Shown here: positions 18,582 to 28,752 of the stretch, one piece after another
How positions within the stretch are numbered: the first letter of the stretch is position 1
How the letters are laid out: the number at the start of each line of letters is the position of its first letter
NCBI GenBank assembly: GCA_035525825.1
Contig: DATLDP010000078.1
Location: 30,349 to 94,348, forward strand
Reading direction: 5' to 3'
DNA from: Candidatus Limnocylindria bacterium
GTDB taxonomy: Bacteria > Chloroflexota > Limnocylindria > Limnocylindrales > CSP1-4
DNA: 64,000 bases
Notes under the pieces: model-generated
Seen by the model: the letters and a program-made list of their open reading frames with translations, nothing else
What the model was told of the DNA's origin: nothing
Databases searched by the model: none
Translations under genes and position numbers: made by a program

Positions 18582-19609
18582 GACGCCACGGCCTCGGTGG
18601 TCTCGGCGGATTCCGACGTCGCCGCCACCTTCCCGGCAGGTGCACCGACCCGCGTGCCCACGAGTGCTCGCTGGCCCCGCAGGAACTCACGGCCGTCGGT
18701 GGGGCGCCGGCCCTCCCGCTGCGCCTGCTCGAGCACGAGGCGGCCATCTGCCGTGGCCATCGCCAGTCGCTCGTCGTGCTCAACCAGCTGGCCCGGCTCG
18801 TCTTCGGGCGCCGTTGCGGCGGTCGAGGCGGCGAGGATCGCAACCCGGCCCTGCTCCGTTTCGACGAACGTTCCCGGCCAGGGCGCGTGCGCTCGGACCT
18901 TCCGCTCCAGCTCCGCGGCCGGCAGGCTCGGGTTCAGCCGGCCGTCAGACTTGCGGAAGGTCCGCGTCAACGTGGCGCCCCCCTCGGGCTGGGGCTCCGC
19001 GCGGAGCGAGCCATCGAGCCAGCCATCGATGGAGGCCGCCAGGAGCGCGGCGCCCTCGCGGGCCGCCCGGGTCTCGAGCTCCGGGGTGCGCTCCGTGCCG
19101 TCGAGCGGCCAGGCGCTGGCGGCGACGATCGGCCCCGTATCGACACCCGCATCCATCCGGATCAGCGAGACGCCGGTCTCCTCGTCGCCCGCCGCGATCG
19201 CGGCCGGAACCGGCGTCGCGCCGCGGTGCCGCGGCAGGAGGGACGGATGGACATTCAGGATGCCGCGGGGTGAGAGCGCCAGCAGCTCCTCCGGCACGAT
19301 CTGCCCGTAGTCCGCGAGCACGCCGAGCTCGGGCTGCAAGGCGGCGATCTCCGCGATCGCCTCGGGAGCCCGGACGCGGGCCGGCTGCAGGAGCGGCACC
19401 CACATCGAGCGGGCCTTCAGGGCGACGGGCGTCGGCAACAGCGTCCGGCCGCGGCCGGCGGGACGGTCTGGCGCGGTCACGATGCCGACGACCTCGATCC
19501 GGGGGTGATCCAGCAGCGCTTCGAGGATGGGCACGGCAAACGCCCCCGATCCGAAGAAGACCGTCCGAGCCGGGCCGGACGCCCGCACGGGCGCCGCGCC
19601 GGCGGTCAT
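18578..19609 (-). CDS. fmt: Methionyl-tRNA formyltransferase
   Basis: FFGSGAFAVPILEALL...NVHPSLLPRHRGATPV, the Fmt signature. def-fmt pair. Confidence 0.9.
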   Translation of the reverse strand: MTAGAAPVRASGPARTVFFGSGAFAVPILEALLDHPRIEVVGIVTAPDRPAGRGRTLLPTPVALKARSMWVPLLQPARVRAPEAIAEIAALQPELGVLADYGQIVPEELLALSPRGILNVHPSLLPRHRGATPVPAAIAAGDEETGVSLIRMDAGVDTGPIVAASAWPLDGTERTPELETRAAREGAALLAASIDGWLDGSLRAEPQPEGGATLTRTFRKSDGRLNPSLPAAELERKVRAHAPWPGTFVETEQGRVAILAASTAATAPEDEPGQLVEHDERLAMATADGRLVLEQAQREGRRPTDGREFLRGQRALVGTRVGAPAGKVAATSESAETTEAVAS

Positions 19610-20148
19610 GCCAGGGCGGGGCTTCGAACGGCGGCGTCCTCGCCGTCGCGCTGGGACGCGCCGCCCTCGATCTCGCTGTCACCGCGCCCGACCGGGATCA
19701 GCTCGTCCATGGAGTCCAGGTAGTCGATGTAGAGCTTGCCGTCGAGGTGGTCCAGCTCGTGCTGGAAGGCGCGCCCGAGGAGGCCGGAGCCGGCAACCTT
19801 GATCTTGCGCCCTCGGCGGTCCTGGGCGACCACCCAGACCTTCTCGCGACGGGTCACGTAGGCGGCGTACCCCGGGATCGAGAGGCAGCCCTCCAGGTCG
19901 CGATCGTCGCCCTCGGAGCGGACGATCCGGGGGTTCACGAGCTCGTGGAGCCGATCCTCGACCTCGATCACGCAGACGCTCAACGCCTCTCCGATCTGGG
20001 GCGCGGCGAGTCCCACGCCGGGCGCGTCGCGCATGGTGTGGGTCAGGTCGTCGAGGAGCCCGTGAAGGAACTTGTTGAAGCTCGAGACGGGCTGGCCCTT
20101 GATCCGGAGGCGGGGGTCCCCGAGGGTCACGATGGGGCGAACGCTCAT
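19606..20148 (-). CDS. def: Peptide deformylase
   Basis: GVGLAAPQIG...EGCLSIPG...HELDHLDG, the three PDF motifs. Confidence 0.9.
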   Translation of the reverse strand: MSVRPIVTLGDPRLRIKGQPVSSFNKFLHGLLDDLTHTMRDAPGVGLAAPQIGEALSVCVIEVEDRLHELVNPRIVRSEGDDRDLEGCLSIPGYAAYVTRREKVWVVAQDRRGRKIKVAGSGLLGRAFQHELDHLDGKLYIDYLDSMDELIPVGRGDSEIEGGASQRDGEDAAVRSPALA

Positions 20149-20221
20149 GCGGCCGAGTTTAGCGGTCGCGTGCGGCGCTCGCCCCGATCGGGGCCGCGGG
20201 TGAGTCGGGGTGGAGCCGGGG

Positions 20222-20665
20222 TCAGCCGACGCCCGAGATGGTCCGCTCGTCGGAGGTCACGGCATCTGCCGCGGACTCGGCGGACTCGGCGATGTCCGCG
20301 GTCGTCTCGGTCACGGCGCCCTTGGCGGCTGCCGCGTCCTTACGCCACTGGTCGGCCATCTCGCGCGACTTGCCGGCGAGCTTCTGGCCGGCCTGGCCGG
20401 TCATCTCCGCGGCCTTCTGGGCCACGGGGCCGGCCTTCTCGCCTGCCATCGCCGCGAGCTCAGCGGCCTTGGCGCCGACCTCGCGGACGACCGGGGCCGC
20501 CTGCGTCGCGAGGTTCTCCATCATCGCCTGGAGCTGCGCGATCCACTCGCGGGCCTTGGCGTTGGCGTCGCTCGACTTGGCGTCGGGCTCGGTCCAGGCA
20601 AACGTCTCGTCGGTGGACGAGCCCATCTCGGGCTCGCCGGTTCGGTTCGTCAGATCGTCGGTCAT
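20222..20665 (-). CDS. Hypothetical protein with apolipoprotein-like amphipathic helical repeats
   Basis: 147 aa from ATG 20665 (verified, GGAGAG SD). Repeated A-K/E-rich helical segments and no TM helix. Confidence 0.5.
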   Translation of the reverse strand: MTDDLTNRTGEPEMGSSTDETFAWTEPDAKSSDANAKAREWIAQLQAMMENLATQAAPVVREVGAKAAELAAMAGEKAGPVAQKAAEMTGQAGQKLAGKSREMADQWRKDAAAAKGAVTETTADIAESAESAADAVTSDERTISGVG

Positions 20666-20770
20666 GGGGTGCTCTCCTCGGGTGCGACGGGCCGCCGATG
20701 CGTGCGCGGCCGTCACGCCGATCCTACGTCCGAACGAGAAACTCGGCACGAAACGATCTCGCCGGATGCC

Positions 20771-23206
20771 TCACAGGAGCGATTCAGGGTCGACGTCGAT
20801 GGACCACGGCACGCCCGGCGGGTCGCCGAGCAGGGCGACCGGGTCCGCGCCACGGATGACGACGTTGAAGCGCCAGCGCTCGCCCCGCCGCGCGACGAAC
20901 GCGGGAGCGGGGCCGCTGACCTGGGCCTTGGCGCCCGTCGTGGCCGCGCGCGCTCGCAACGCCTCGACGACCTGGCGGCCCGCCGCCTCGGCCTCGCCCC
21001 GGTCCGGCAGGGCCACCGTGAGCTTCAAGAGCCGCCCGAACGGCGGGGATCCGAACCGGCGGCGCAGGTCCAGCTCCGCGTCGTAGAACGCCTCGGCGCG
21101 CGCCGTCGCGACCGCGACGATCGCGGGGTGCTCGGGCTGATAGGTCTGGATGATCGCCCGGCCCGGCTGCTCCCCCCGCCCGGCGCGGCCCACCGCCTGG
21201 GCCAGGAGCTGGTAGGTCCGCTCGGCGGCACGCTCGTCCGGGAGGTTCAGGGCCACGTCCGCCGAGACGACGCCCACGAGGGTCACCGCGGGGATGTCCA
21301 GGCCCTTGGTGACGAGGCTCGTGCCCACGAGGACGTCCAGGCGACGGTCCGTGAACGCGTCGACCACGCGTTCGGCGGCGCCCTTCCGCTCGGCGACATC
21401 CCGGTCCAGCCGGCCCACCCGCAGCCCGGGGAACCGGTCGCGGACCTCACGCTCGATCCGCTCCGTCCCGCCGCCGAGGTACCGAATCCGGGCCGACTGG
21501 CAGTTGGGGCAGCGCGAGGGCATCGGCCAGGCCCGGCCACAGTGATGGCAGCGGAGCGAGCCCCCGGCCTGGTGGTAGACGAGCGGCCGGTCGCAGTCCG
21601 GGCACTGGGCAACCTGGCCGCAGTCCCGACACAGCACCACCGACGCGGTCCCGCGGCGGTTGATCACAAGGATGGCCTGCTCGCCCTCGGGCAGCTCCCG
21701 CAGCGCGGTGGCGAGGGAGCGCGAGAGCATGGCGAGGTTGCCTGCCGCCAGCTCCTCGCGAAGGTCGACGACCTCGATCTCCGGCGGCGCGCCGCTCAGC
21801 CGGCGATCCAGTCGGCGGCGCTCGATCGAGCCATCGCGAGCCCGGCCCTCCGTCTCCACCGATGGCGTTGCCGAGCCCAGCACGACCGGGGCGCCGGACA
21901 GGCGGCCCAGCTCCAGCGCGGTGTCGCGCGCCTGGAGGCGAGGCGTGCGGTCGCTCTTGTACGCGGCGTCGTGCTCCTCGTCGACGATCACGAGCCCGAC
22001 GTCGGCGAGAGGCGCCAGCACGGCGAGCCGGGTCCCCACGACCACGTCCACGGCGCCCCGCCGGATCCGTCGCCACTCGTCGGCCCGCTCCCCGTCGCCG
22101 AGCGCCGAATGGACCAGCGCGACCCGGGCGTCGAGGTCGGCCCGGAGCCGATCCACGAGTGGGAGCGCCAGCGCGATCTCGGGCACGAGGACCAGCCCGG
22201 GTCGCCCTCGCTCCAGCGTCCGGGCGAGGAGCTCCGCGTAGATCGCCGTCTTCCCGCCGCCGGTCACGCCATCGAGGAGGAACACCGAAGCGCGGCCGGC
22301 GGCGCCCGCCACGTCCACGCTGTCGACGGCAGCCTGCTGGTCCGCGCTGAGCTCCGAGCCGGCCGGCCGGCTCCCGCGCCGTCCCGGCGCCCGGGTCGCG
22401 AGCGGCCGCCGCTCGGCCGCCCTGGCCTCGATGCGCACGAGCCCCCGCCTCGCTAGCGACGCCACCGTCGACGACCCATGGCGTGCCGCGAGCTCCGGGG
22501 CCGGCGTGCCCCCGGGCGGCGCCGTGGCAAGCTCGTCGAGCAGCGCCACCTGCCGTGGCCCGAGGCGGGCCGGGCGTGGGATACCTGGCGCATCGCCGCC
22601 TTCTCGAGGCTCCGGCTGCCCCTGCTCGAGCGAGACGTGCCGGACCCAGCGTGGCCCGGCGCCGGACGCCAGGAGCGTCCAATCCAACTCCACCAGGCCC
22701 TGGTCCTGCAGCGCGCGGAGCCGCCGCAGCAGCGCGGGGCGGCCCTCCGCGGCCTCGAGGCTGCGGACCTGGCGAGGCCCAGCCTCGAGCTCCGCGAGCA
22801 GCGCCGCGTCTTCCACGCCGAGCCCCGGGCCATCGGGGCTTCCGGGCCGCCGCTCCGCGACCAGCTCCAGCCGCTCCAGGAGGCCCGGCGGGAGCATCGC
22901 CCGCAGCGTCAGGGCCGGCGGCGCGAGGTAGTGGCTGGAGATCCAGCCGGCCAGCCGCATCCCGAGCTCCGGAAGGAGCGGCCCGTCCGCCCGAACCCGG
23001 TCGACGATCGGCTTCACCTCGAGTCCCGCGACCGCCTCCGCAGGCCCAACGACGATCCCGAGCGCCTGCCGCCGCCCGAACTCGACCAGCACGGCCTCGC
23101 CGGGTGCGAGGTCCGCCAGGGTGTCCGGGACGAGATAGGTGTACGGCCGAATGCCCGCGGCACCGGCCGCGTCGACCGCCACCGAGACGAGGCGCTGGCC
23201 GCTCAT
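20771..23206 (-). CDS. priA: Primosomal protein N' (replication restart helicase PriA)
   Basis: 811 aa. Helicase motifs plus the Cys-rich zinc-binding insert CRDCG...CPDCD...CHHCG...CPNC. Confidence 0.9.
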   Translation of the reverse strand: MSGQRLVSVAVDAAGAAGIRPYTYLVPDTLADLAPGEAVLVEFGRRQALGIVVGPAEAVAGLEVKPIVDRVRADGPLLPELGMRLAGWISSHYLAPPALTLRAMLPPGLLERLELVAERRPGSPDGPGLGVEDAALLAELEAGPRQVRSLEAAEGRPALLRRLRALQDQGLVELDWTLLASGAGPRWVRHVSLEQGQPEPREGGDAPGIPRPARLGPRQVALLDELATAPPGGTPAPELAARHGSSTVASLARRGLVRIEARAAERRPLATRAPGRRGSRPAGSELSADQQAAVDSVDVAGAAGRASVFLLDGVTGGGKTAIYAELLARTLERGRPGLVLVPEIALALPLVDRLRADLDARVALVHSALGDGERADEWRRIRRGAVDVVVGTRLAVLAPLADVGLVIVDEEHDAAYKSDRTPRLQARDTALELGRLSGAPVVLGSATPSVETEGRARDGSIERRRLDRRLSGAPPEIEVVDLREELAAGNLAMLSRSLATALRELPEGEQAILVINRRGTASVVLCRDCGQVAQCPDCDRPLVYHQAGGSLRCHHCGRAWPMPSRCPNCQSARIRYLGGGTERIEREVRDRFPGLRVGRLDRDVAERKGAAERVVDAFTDRRLDVLVGTSLVTKGLDIPAVTLVGVVSADVALNLPDERAAERTYQLLAQAVGRAGRGEQPGRAIIQTYQPEHPAIVAVATARAEAFYDAELDLRRRFGSPPFGRLLKLTVALPDRGEAEAAGRQVVEALRARAATTGAKAQVSGPAPAFVARRGERWRFNVVIRGADPVALLGDPPGVPWSIDVDPESLL

Positions 23207-23224
23207 CGGATCGACCCGGAGCGC

Positions 23225-23851
23225 CTATACCCGCGTTCGACGGTCGGGATTCGCGAGCTTCTCGGCCTCGATGATCTCGTCGATCCTGGTCGCGGTGTGA
23301 TCGACCCGGCCCGTCTCGTTGAGGACGACGTGGTCGTAGTCGTCCTGGCGCGCGAGCTCGATGGCGGCGTTGCGCTGGCGGATGTCGAGCTCGTCGGCGG
23401 TTTCGGTCGCGCGGCTGCGGAGTCGCGAGAACAGGTCTTCCAGCGACGGCGGAACGAGGAACACCAGCAGCGCCTCCGGGACCTTCTGCTTCACCACGGC
23501 GGCGCCCTGGACGTCGATCTTCAGGATCACGTCGCGGCCCGCAATCAGCGCGGCGCGGACCTCGGAACGCGGCGTGCCGTACCAGTGGCCGTGGACGAGG
23601 TTCGATTCGAGGAAGCCGCCGGCCTCGCGCATTCGCTCGAAACCCGCCTCTCCGAGGAAGTGGTAGTGCTCGCCGTCAACCTCGTAGTGCCGCCGGGGAC
23701 GCGTCGTGCACGTCACCACGAAATGGCGGGGTGGATCCGAGGCCTTCTCGCGCAGCTCCGCAATGACGGTGTCCTTGCCCACGCCGGATGGGCCGGAGAC
23801 GATGACGAGCATTGCGCCCGGGGCTCCGACCATGGCTTCTTCCGGGCTCAC
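23225..23851 (-). CDS. gmk: Guanylate kinase
   Basis: IVSGPSGVGKDTV P-loop and guanylate kinase-like body. Confidence 0.85.
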   Translation of the reverse strand: MSPEEAMVGAPGAMLVIVSGPSGVGKDTVIAELREKASDPPRHFVVTCTTRPRRHYEVDGEHYHFLGEAGFERMREAGGFLESNLVHGHWYGTPRSEVRAALIAGRDVILKIDVQGAAVVKQKVPEALLVFLVPPSLEDLFSRLRSRATETADELDIRQRNAAIELARQDDYDHVVLNETGRVDHTATRIDEIIEAEKLANPDRRTRV

Positions 23852-24846
23852 TGGCGCCGGTCCGGCGGTTCGGCGCCAATGGGCCGGATGAGGCCCGGAC
23901 CCGCTCGGAGGCCGACGAGCACGGACTCCAGCGCGTCGGGCAGCGGCGCTTCCGCCCGGATCAGGCGACCGCTGGACGGCGACGTGAGCTCGAGCCGCCA
24001 GGCGTGGAGGAAGAGGCGCTCCAGCCCATCCGGCCCGCGCCGCGACGTTCCGGTGCCGTAGAGCGAATCGCCGGCGACCGGGTGGCTGATCGCCTCGAGG
24101 TGGACGCGGATCTGGTGGGTCCGGCCGGTCACGAGGTCCAGCTCGAGGAGGGTCCAGCCGGCGAAGCGCTCGCGCACCCGGTAGCCGGTGGTGGACGGCC
24201 GGCCGTTCGGCGTCACGGCCATGCGGGTGCGCCGGCCCGGGTCGCGCCCGATGGGCGCTTCGATCCGGCCCACCGCCGCGGCGACGGAGCCGGCGACGAG
24301 CGCGAGATAGGTCTTCTTCACCCGGCGGGCCTTCAGCTGCGCCTGCAGCGAGATCTGGGCGACGTCCGAGCGAGCGACCATCAGCAGCCCGCTCGTCTCG
24401 CGGTCGAGCCGGTGGACGATCCCGGGTCGCTGCACCCCGGCGATCCCGCCCGGCGCCAGGTCCTCACCGCGCCCCAGGAGCGCGTTCACCAGCGTCCCCT
24501 CGTCATGGCCCGCCGACGGATGGACGACGAGGCCCGCGGGCTTGTTGACGATCAACAGGTCCGGGTCTTCGTAGATCACCTCGACATCGATCTCCGGTTG
24601 CGCCCGCGGCGTCGCCGGGGCCGGCGGCGGGACCACGAGGACCAGCTCGCTGCCCGGCGCGACCATGACGTTGGCCCCGATCGGTGCCCCGTCGAGCGTC
24701 AGGCGCCCATCGGAGATCAGCTTCTGCACGTGACTCCGGGACATCCCGCTGAGATCGGCGGCCCAGCGATCGGCCCGACCCGGCGCCGCGCCGGCGGGAA
24801 TCACCATCCGCCGGACGGTCGATGCGTCGGGGGTGCCTTCAGGCAT
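23848..24846 (-). CDS. rluD: RluA-family 23S rRNA pseudouridine synthase (RluD-like)
   Basis: S4 domain plus the HRLDRETSGLLMVA catalytic motif. Conserved lspA-rluD pairing. Confidence 0.85.
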   Translation of the reverse strand: MPEGTPDASTVRRMVIPAGAAPGRADRWAADLSGMSRSHVQKLISDGRLTLDGAPIGANVMVAPGSELVLVVPPPAPATPRAQPEIDVEVIYEDPDLLIVNKPAGLVVHPSAGHDEGTLVNALLGRGEDLAPGGIAGVQRPGIVHRLDRETSGLLMVARSDVAQISLQAQLKARRVKKTYLALVAGSVAAAVGRIEAPIGRDPGRRTRMAVTPNGRPSTTGYRVRERFAGWTLLELDLVTGRTHQIRVHLEAISHPVAGDSLYGTGTSRRGPDGLERLFLHAWRLELTSPSSGRLIRAEAPLPDALESVLVGLRAGPGLIRPIGAEPPDRRQ

Positions 24847-25375
24847 CGTCCGAGGCCCGTCGAGTCACCGATGGCCAGATGCTCGCCGCGATCAGCAGGA
24901 GCAGGGCGAAGCTGATCCCGGCGTCCGCGACGTTGAAGGTGTACCAGCGCAGGTCGCCGATCCCAGCGTCGACGAAGTCCACCACGTAGCCCAGCCGCAG
25001 CCGGTCCATGAGGTTGCCGAGCGCGCCGCCGAGGAGCAGCCCGAGGGTGATCGAGAGGTAGCGGTTCCGCCCAGCCTTCGCGTGGTACAGGACGACGAAC
25101 GCCACGACCACGAGCGAGACGAGCCCGAACGGCAGCGCCTGGCCCTGGAGCAGCCCGAACAGCCCGCCCGCGTTCTGCGAGTGGACGAGACGGACGTAGT
25201 CCCCGAGGACCTCGACCGACTGGCCCTTCGCGAGGAACGAGGTGAGCCAGGCCTTCGCGAGCTGGTCGAGGACGACGATGAGGCCCGCCAGCCCGAGGAA
25301 GGTCGGCCAGAGCGGGCGTCCCGTGGGCGCGCCATCGGCGGCGCGCGGCAGCAGCTCCGAGCGGACCTCGCTCAC
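24839..25375 (-). CDS. lspA: Lipoprotein signal peptidase II
   Basis: LspA-like TM profile and the NxGAAFG/FNVAD-type motifs (NAGGLFG...FNVADAGISF). GTG start verified, GTGA overlap with the ileS stop. Confidence 0.85.
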   Translation of the reverse strand: MSEVRSELLPRAADGAPTGRPLWPTFLGLAGLIVVLDQLAKAWLTSFLAKGQSVEVLGDYVRLVHSQNAGGLFGLLQGQALPFGLVSLVVVAFVVLYHAKAGRNRYLSITLGLLLGGALGNLMDRLRLGYVVDFVDAGIGDLRWYTFNVADAGISFALLLLIAASIWPSVTRRASDDA

Positions 25376-28300
25376 GCGGCGCCCGAGCCCGGGGTCGGGG
25401 CGCTGGGCCGCAGCCCGATGGTCGCGGCGCCGTCGGTGAGGTCCACCGATCCCGTGACGACACCATCGGCGCTCGGCGGCTGCTCCCGCGAGATTCGATC
25501 CGCGAGCGTGTCGCGGGCCACGCCGGCGAGGTACGGCTCCAGCCCCGCCGCGAGGCCGGCGACCCATAGCTCGATCCGGGCGTCGAGATCAAGCCCCGCG
25601 TCCTTGCGCAGGTCCTGGATCGCGCGCTGGAGCTCCCGGGCATCGCCCTCGGCCCGAAGCTCCGGCGTGAGCTCGGTGTCGATGACCACGACGAGGCCTT
25701 CGTCGTGGGCCACCGCGGTACCGGGCCGCGGCGTGGCCAGGATCTCGACCTCGTCCGAGGCCAGGGTCACGCCGCCGAGGGTCACCGAACCGTCGGAGTT
25801 CACCTCGAACGCCCCGTCGCGGGCCGCGGCCATGACCGCCGGGATCGCAGGGCCCAGGCGTTTGCCGATCTTGGGCAGGAGCGGCTTGATTCGCCGATCC
25901 ACCAGGCTCGATTCGTCGTCGATCCGCTCGATCGCCTTGACGTTGACCTCCTCCGCGACGAGGTCCAGCAGCTGCTCCACCTGCGCCGCCTCGGCGGTCG
26001 GGATGGCCAGCCACATCCTGGCCAGCGGTTGGCGCGTCCGGAGCCCCGCGGCGCCACGCAGCGTCCGGGTGAGGTCGACCGCGCGTCGCGCCGCGGCCAT
26101 CCCCGACTCGAGTGCGGGATCGGCGAATCGGGCCAGCTCGCCGCTCGGCCAGCGGGTCAGGTGGACCGAATCGGGCGCCGTCGCGTCCTGTGACGCGACG
26201 AGGTTCCCGTAGATCGACTCCGACATGAACGGCAGGATCGGGGCGACGATCCGGGCGGTTGCCACGAGGACCGCGTGGAGGGTCGAGAACGCCGCGTCAC
26301 GATCGGCGGGATCATCGTTGCGCGAGAAGCGCCGGCGCGACAGGCGGACGTACCAGGTCGAGAGGTCCTCGACGAACGCGTCGATCACCCGGGCGGTCGC
26401 CGCCGGGTCGACGTCCTGCAGCCGGTCCTCGACCGCCGCCGCCAGGTTCGCGACCCGCGAAAGGATCCAGCGATCCATCGGCGACGTCGCCTCGACGGCG
26501 CGATCGGGCGACCAGCCCGTCAGCTCGGCATAGGTCGTGAAGAAGGCATAGGTGTTCCAGAGGACGAGGAGGCGGCGGCGGGCGGCATCCGCGGCGTGCC
26601 AGCCGAACAGGATGTTGTCCTCGGGGCGGGCGTTCGTGTACATCCAGCGCATGACGTCGACGCCCATCCGCTCGGCGGCCTCGTCGAACTCGATCGAGTT
26701 GCCCCAGCTCTTGTGCATCGCCCGGCCGTCCTCGCCGAACAGTGTGGCGTACCCGAAGATCGTCTTGAACGGCGCCTCCCGCCGCAGGACCGTCGACATC
26801 GCGAGCATCGAGTAGAACCAGTTGCGGAACTGCCCCGGGAAGCTCTCGGTGACGAAGTCCGCGGGGAACCACTCGCTCCAGAAGTCCGCGTCCTCGCGGA
26901 AGTGGAGGGTCGAGAACGGCACGATCCCCGCGTCCAGCCAGGGATTGCCGACGTCGCGGATGCGCTCCACCGGCTCGCCGCAGCCGGAGCACCGGATCGA
27001 CACCGCGTCGATGTAGGGCCGGTGGGGCGTGTGGCCCTCGAACGTCTCCCAGCCCGAGAGCGCCTTCTCCTCGAGCTCCTCGCGCCCGCCCACGACGTCG
27101 AAGGTCCCGCAGCTCTTGCAGTCGTAGATCGGCAGCGCCAGGCCCCAATAGCGCTTCTTGCTGATCATCCAGTCGTGCATGTTCACGAGCCAATCGAGCT
27201 CGCGCTCATACCCGAATGACGGGATCCATCTGATGCCGTCGACGACGTCCATGATCTGGTAGCGGAGGCTCGCGTCGACCTCGGCGGGCGTCAGCTGGTC
27301 GCGGGGCTTGTCGTAGACCTCGCCCATCGAGATGAACCACTCGTCGACCAGGCGGAACAGCAGCGGCGTGCCGCACCGCCAGCAATGCGGATAGCGGTGG
27401 CGATAGGGCTCGAGGTGGTAGAAGAAGCCGCGCCGCTCGAGATCGTCGACGATCTCCTCCGCGACGTCGCCGGCGGCCTTGCCGGTCAGCCAGCCGAAGC
27501 CCTCGTAGTAGCGGCCGCTCTCGTCGATCGGCCCGATCACGGGCAGGCCCAGGGCCTTGCCGAGCTGGAAGTCCTCCGCCCCGGCGCCAGGGGCGATGTG
27601 GACGATGCCGGTGCCCTCGTCCTCGCCCACCTGGTCCCAAGCAACGACGCGATGCTCGTACGGGACGTCGGGCGCGTCGCGAGTGCCCGCATCGAACGCG
27701 TCCTTCACCGCGGCGAGGGCATCGAACGGGCCGGCATAGCGCCACCCGACGAGGTCCGCGCCGCGCTTTGACTCCAGGACCTCGAACGGCCCGATCGCGG
27801 CGCGCTTCAGCACGCCCTTCCCGAGCCAGAACGTATCCGCCCCCTGCTTGATCCGAACGTACTCCATGTCCGCCCCGACCGCCGCGGCGACGTTGGCCGC
27901 GAGCGTCCACGGCGTCGTGGTCCAGACGAGGAGTGATTCGCCGGCCCGGTCAACCAGCGGGAACCGCACCGTCAGTCCCGGGTCTTCGCGGTCCTGGTAG
28001 CCCTCCGTCATCTCGTGCTGGCTGATGCCGGTACCGCAGCGGGGGCACCACGGCATGGAGTCGTGGCCCTTGTAGATCCAGCCGCGCTTGTGGCACTCCT
28101 TGAGGAAGCCCCAGATCAGGTCGTTGTTCTCGTTGGAGAAGGTGAAGTACGACCCGCCGACGTCCGGCATCCCGAGGCGGCCGACGAGCATCTCGACCGT
28201 ATCGGTGACGGGGCCGTCCGGGCCCTGGATCGTCGTGACCTGGGAGGGATCCTCCTTGAGCAGGTCGCGCAGGCGACGCAGCTCGTCGGGATCGTTCCAG

Positions 28301-28728
28301 TCCATCCACATCCCGAGGCGGATGGACTGCTCGGTCTGGCGCGCCGCGTAGGTCAGGACGCGCTGCTTGCAGAGCGAGACGAACTCGGCGATGCCGTAGG
28401 CCTCGATGTCGCGCTTGCTCTTGAACCCGAGGTCCCGCTCGACGTTGACCTCCACCCACAGGCCCTGGCAGTCGAAGCCGTTCTGCCAGCGCTGGTCCTC
28501 GCCGAGCATCGCGTGGAAGCGCTGGAAGAGGTCCTTGTAGGTCCGGCCCCAGGCGTGGTGGACGCCCATCGGGTTGTTGGCCGTGATGGGCCCGTCGAGG
28601 AAGCTCCAGCGCGGCCCGCCCGCGTTCCGGGCACGGAGGCGCGCGAAGGTTGCGCGCTCCCGCCACTGCTGCAGGATCTCGTGCTCGAGCGCGACCAGGT
28701 CGGGGCGTGTGGATACGGGTCGGAACAT
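25372..28728 (-). CDS. ileS: Isoleucine--tRNA ligase
   Basis: 1118 aa with class I aaRS HIGH-type (HHAWG) and KMSKS-type (KSWGNS) regions and an editing domain. Confidence 0.9.
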   Translation of the reverse strand: MFRPVSTRPDLVALEHEILQQWRERATFARLRARNAGGPRWSFLDGPITANNPMGVHHAWGRTYKDLFQRFHAMLGEDQRWQNGFDCQGLWVEVNVERDLGFKSKRDIEAYGIAEFVSLCKQRVLTYAARQTEQSIRLGMWMDWNDPDELRRLRDLLKEDPSQVTTIQGPDGPVTDTVEMLVGRLGMPDVGGSYFTFSNENNDLIWGFLKECHKRGWIYKGHDSMPWCPRCGTGISQHEMTEGYQDREDPGLTVRFPLVDRAGESLLVWTTTPWTLAANVAAAVGADMEYVRIKQGADTFWLGKGVLKRAAIGPFEVLESKRGADLVGWRYAGPFDALAAVKDAFDAGTRDAPDVPYEHRVVAWDQVGEDEGTGIVHIAPGAGAEDFQLGKALGLPVIGPIDESGRYYEGFGWLTGKAAGDVAEEIVDDLERRGFFYHLEPYRHRYPHCWRCGTPLLFRLVDEWFISMGEVYDKPRDQLTPAEVDASLRYQIMDVVDGIRWIPSFGYERELDWLVNMHDWMISKKRYWGLALPIYDCKSCGTFDVVGGREELEEKALSGWETFEGHTPHRPYIDAVSIRCSGCGEPVERIRDVGNPWLDAGIVPFSTLHFREDADFWSEWFPADFVTESFPGQFRNWFYSMLAMSTVLRREAPFKTIFGYATLFGEDGRAMHKSWGNSIEFDEAAERMGVDVMRWMYTNARPEDNILFGWHAADAARRRLLVLWNTYAFFTTYAELTGWSPDRAVEATSPMDRWILSRVANLAAAVEDRLQDVDPAATARVIDAFVEDLSTWYVRLSRRRFSRNDDPADRDAAFSTLHAVLVATARIVAPILPFMSESIYGNLVASQDATAPDSVHLTRWPSGELARFADPALESGMAAARRAVDLTRTLRGAAGLRTRQPLARMWLAIPTAEAAQVEQLLDLVAEEVNVKAIERIDDESSLVDRRIKPLLPKIGKRLGPAIPAVMAAARDGAFEVNSDGSVTLGGVTLASDEVEILATPRPGTAVAHDEGLVVVIDTELTPELRAEGDARELQRAIQDLRKDAGLDLDARIELWVAGLAAGLEPYLAGVARDTLADRISREQPPSADGVVTGSVDLTDGAATIGLRPSAPTPGSGAA

Positions 28729-28752
28729 CGGGGTCCGGGTATCCTACCCGCG

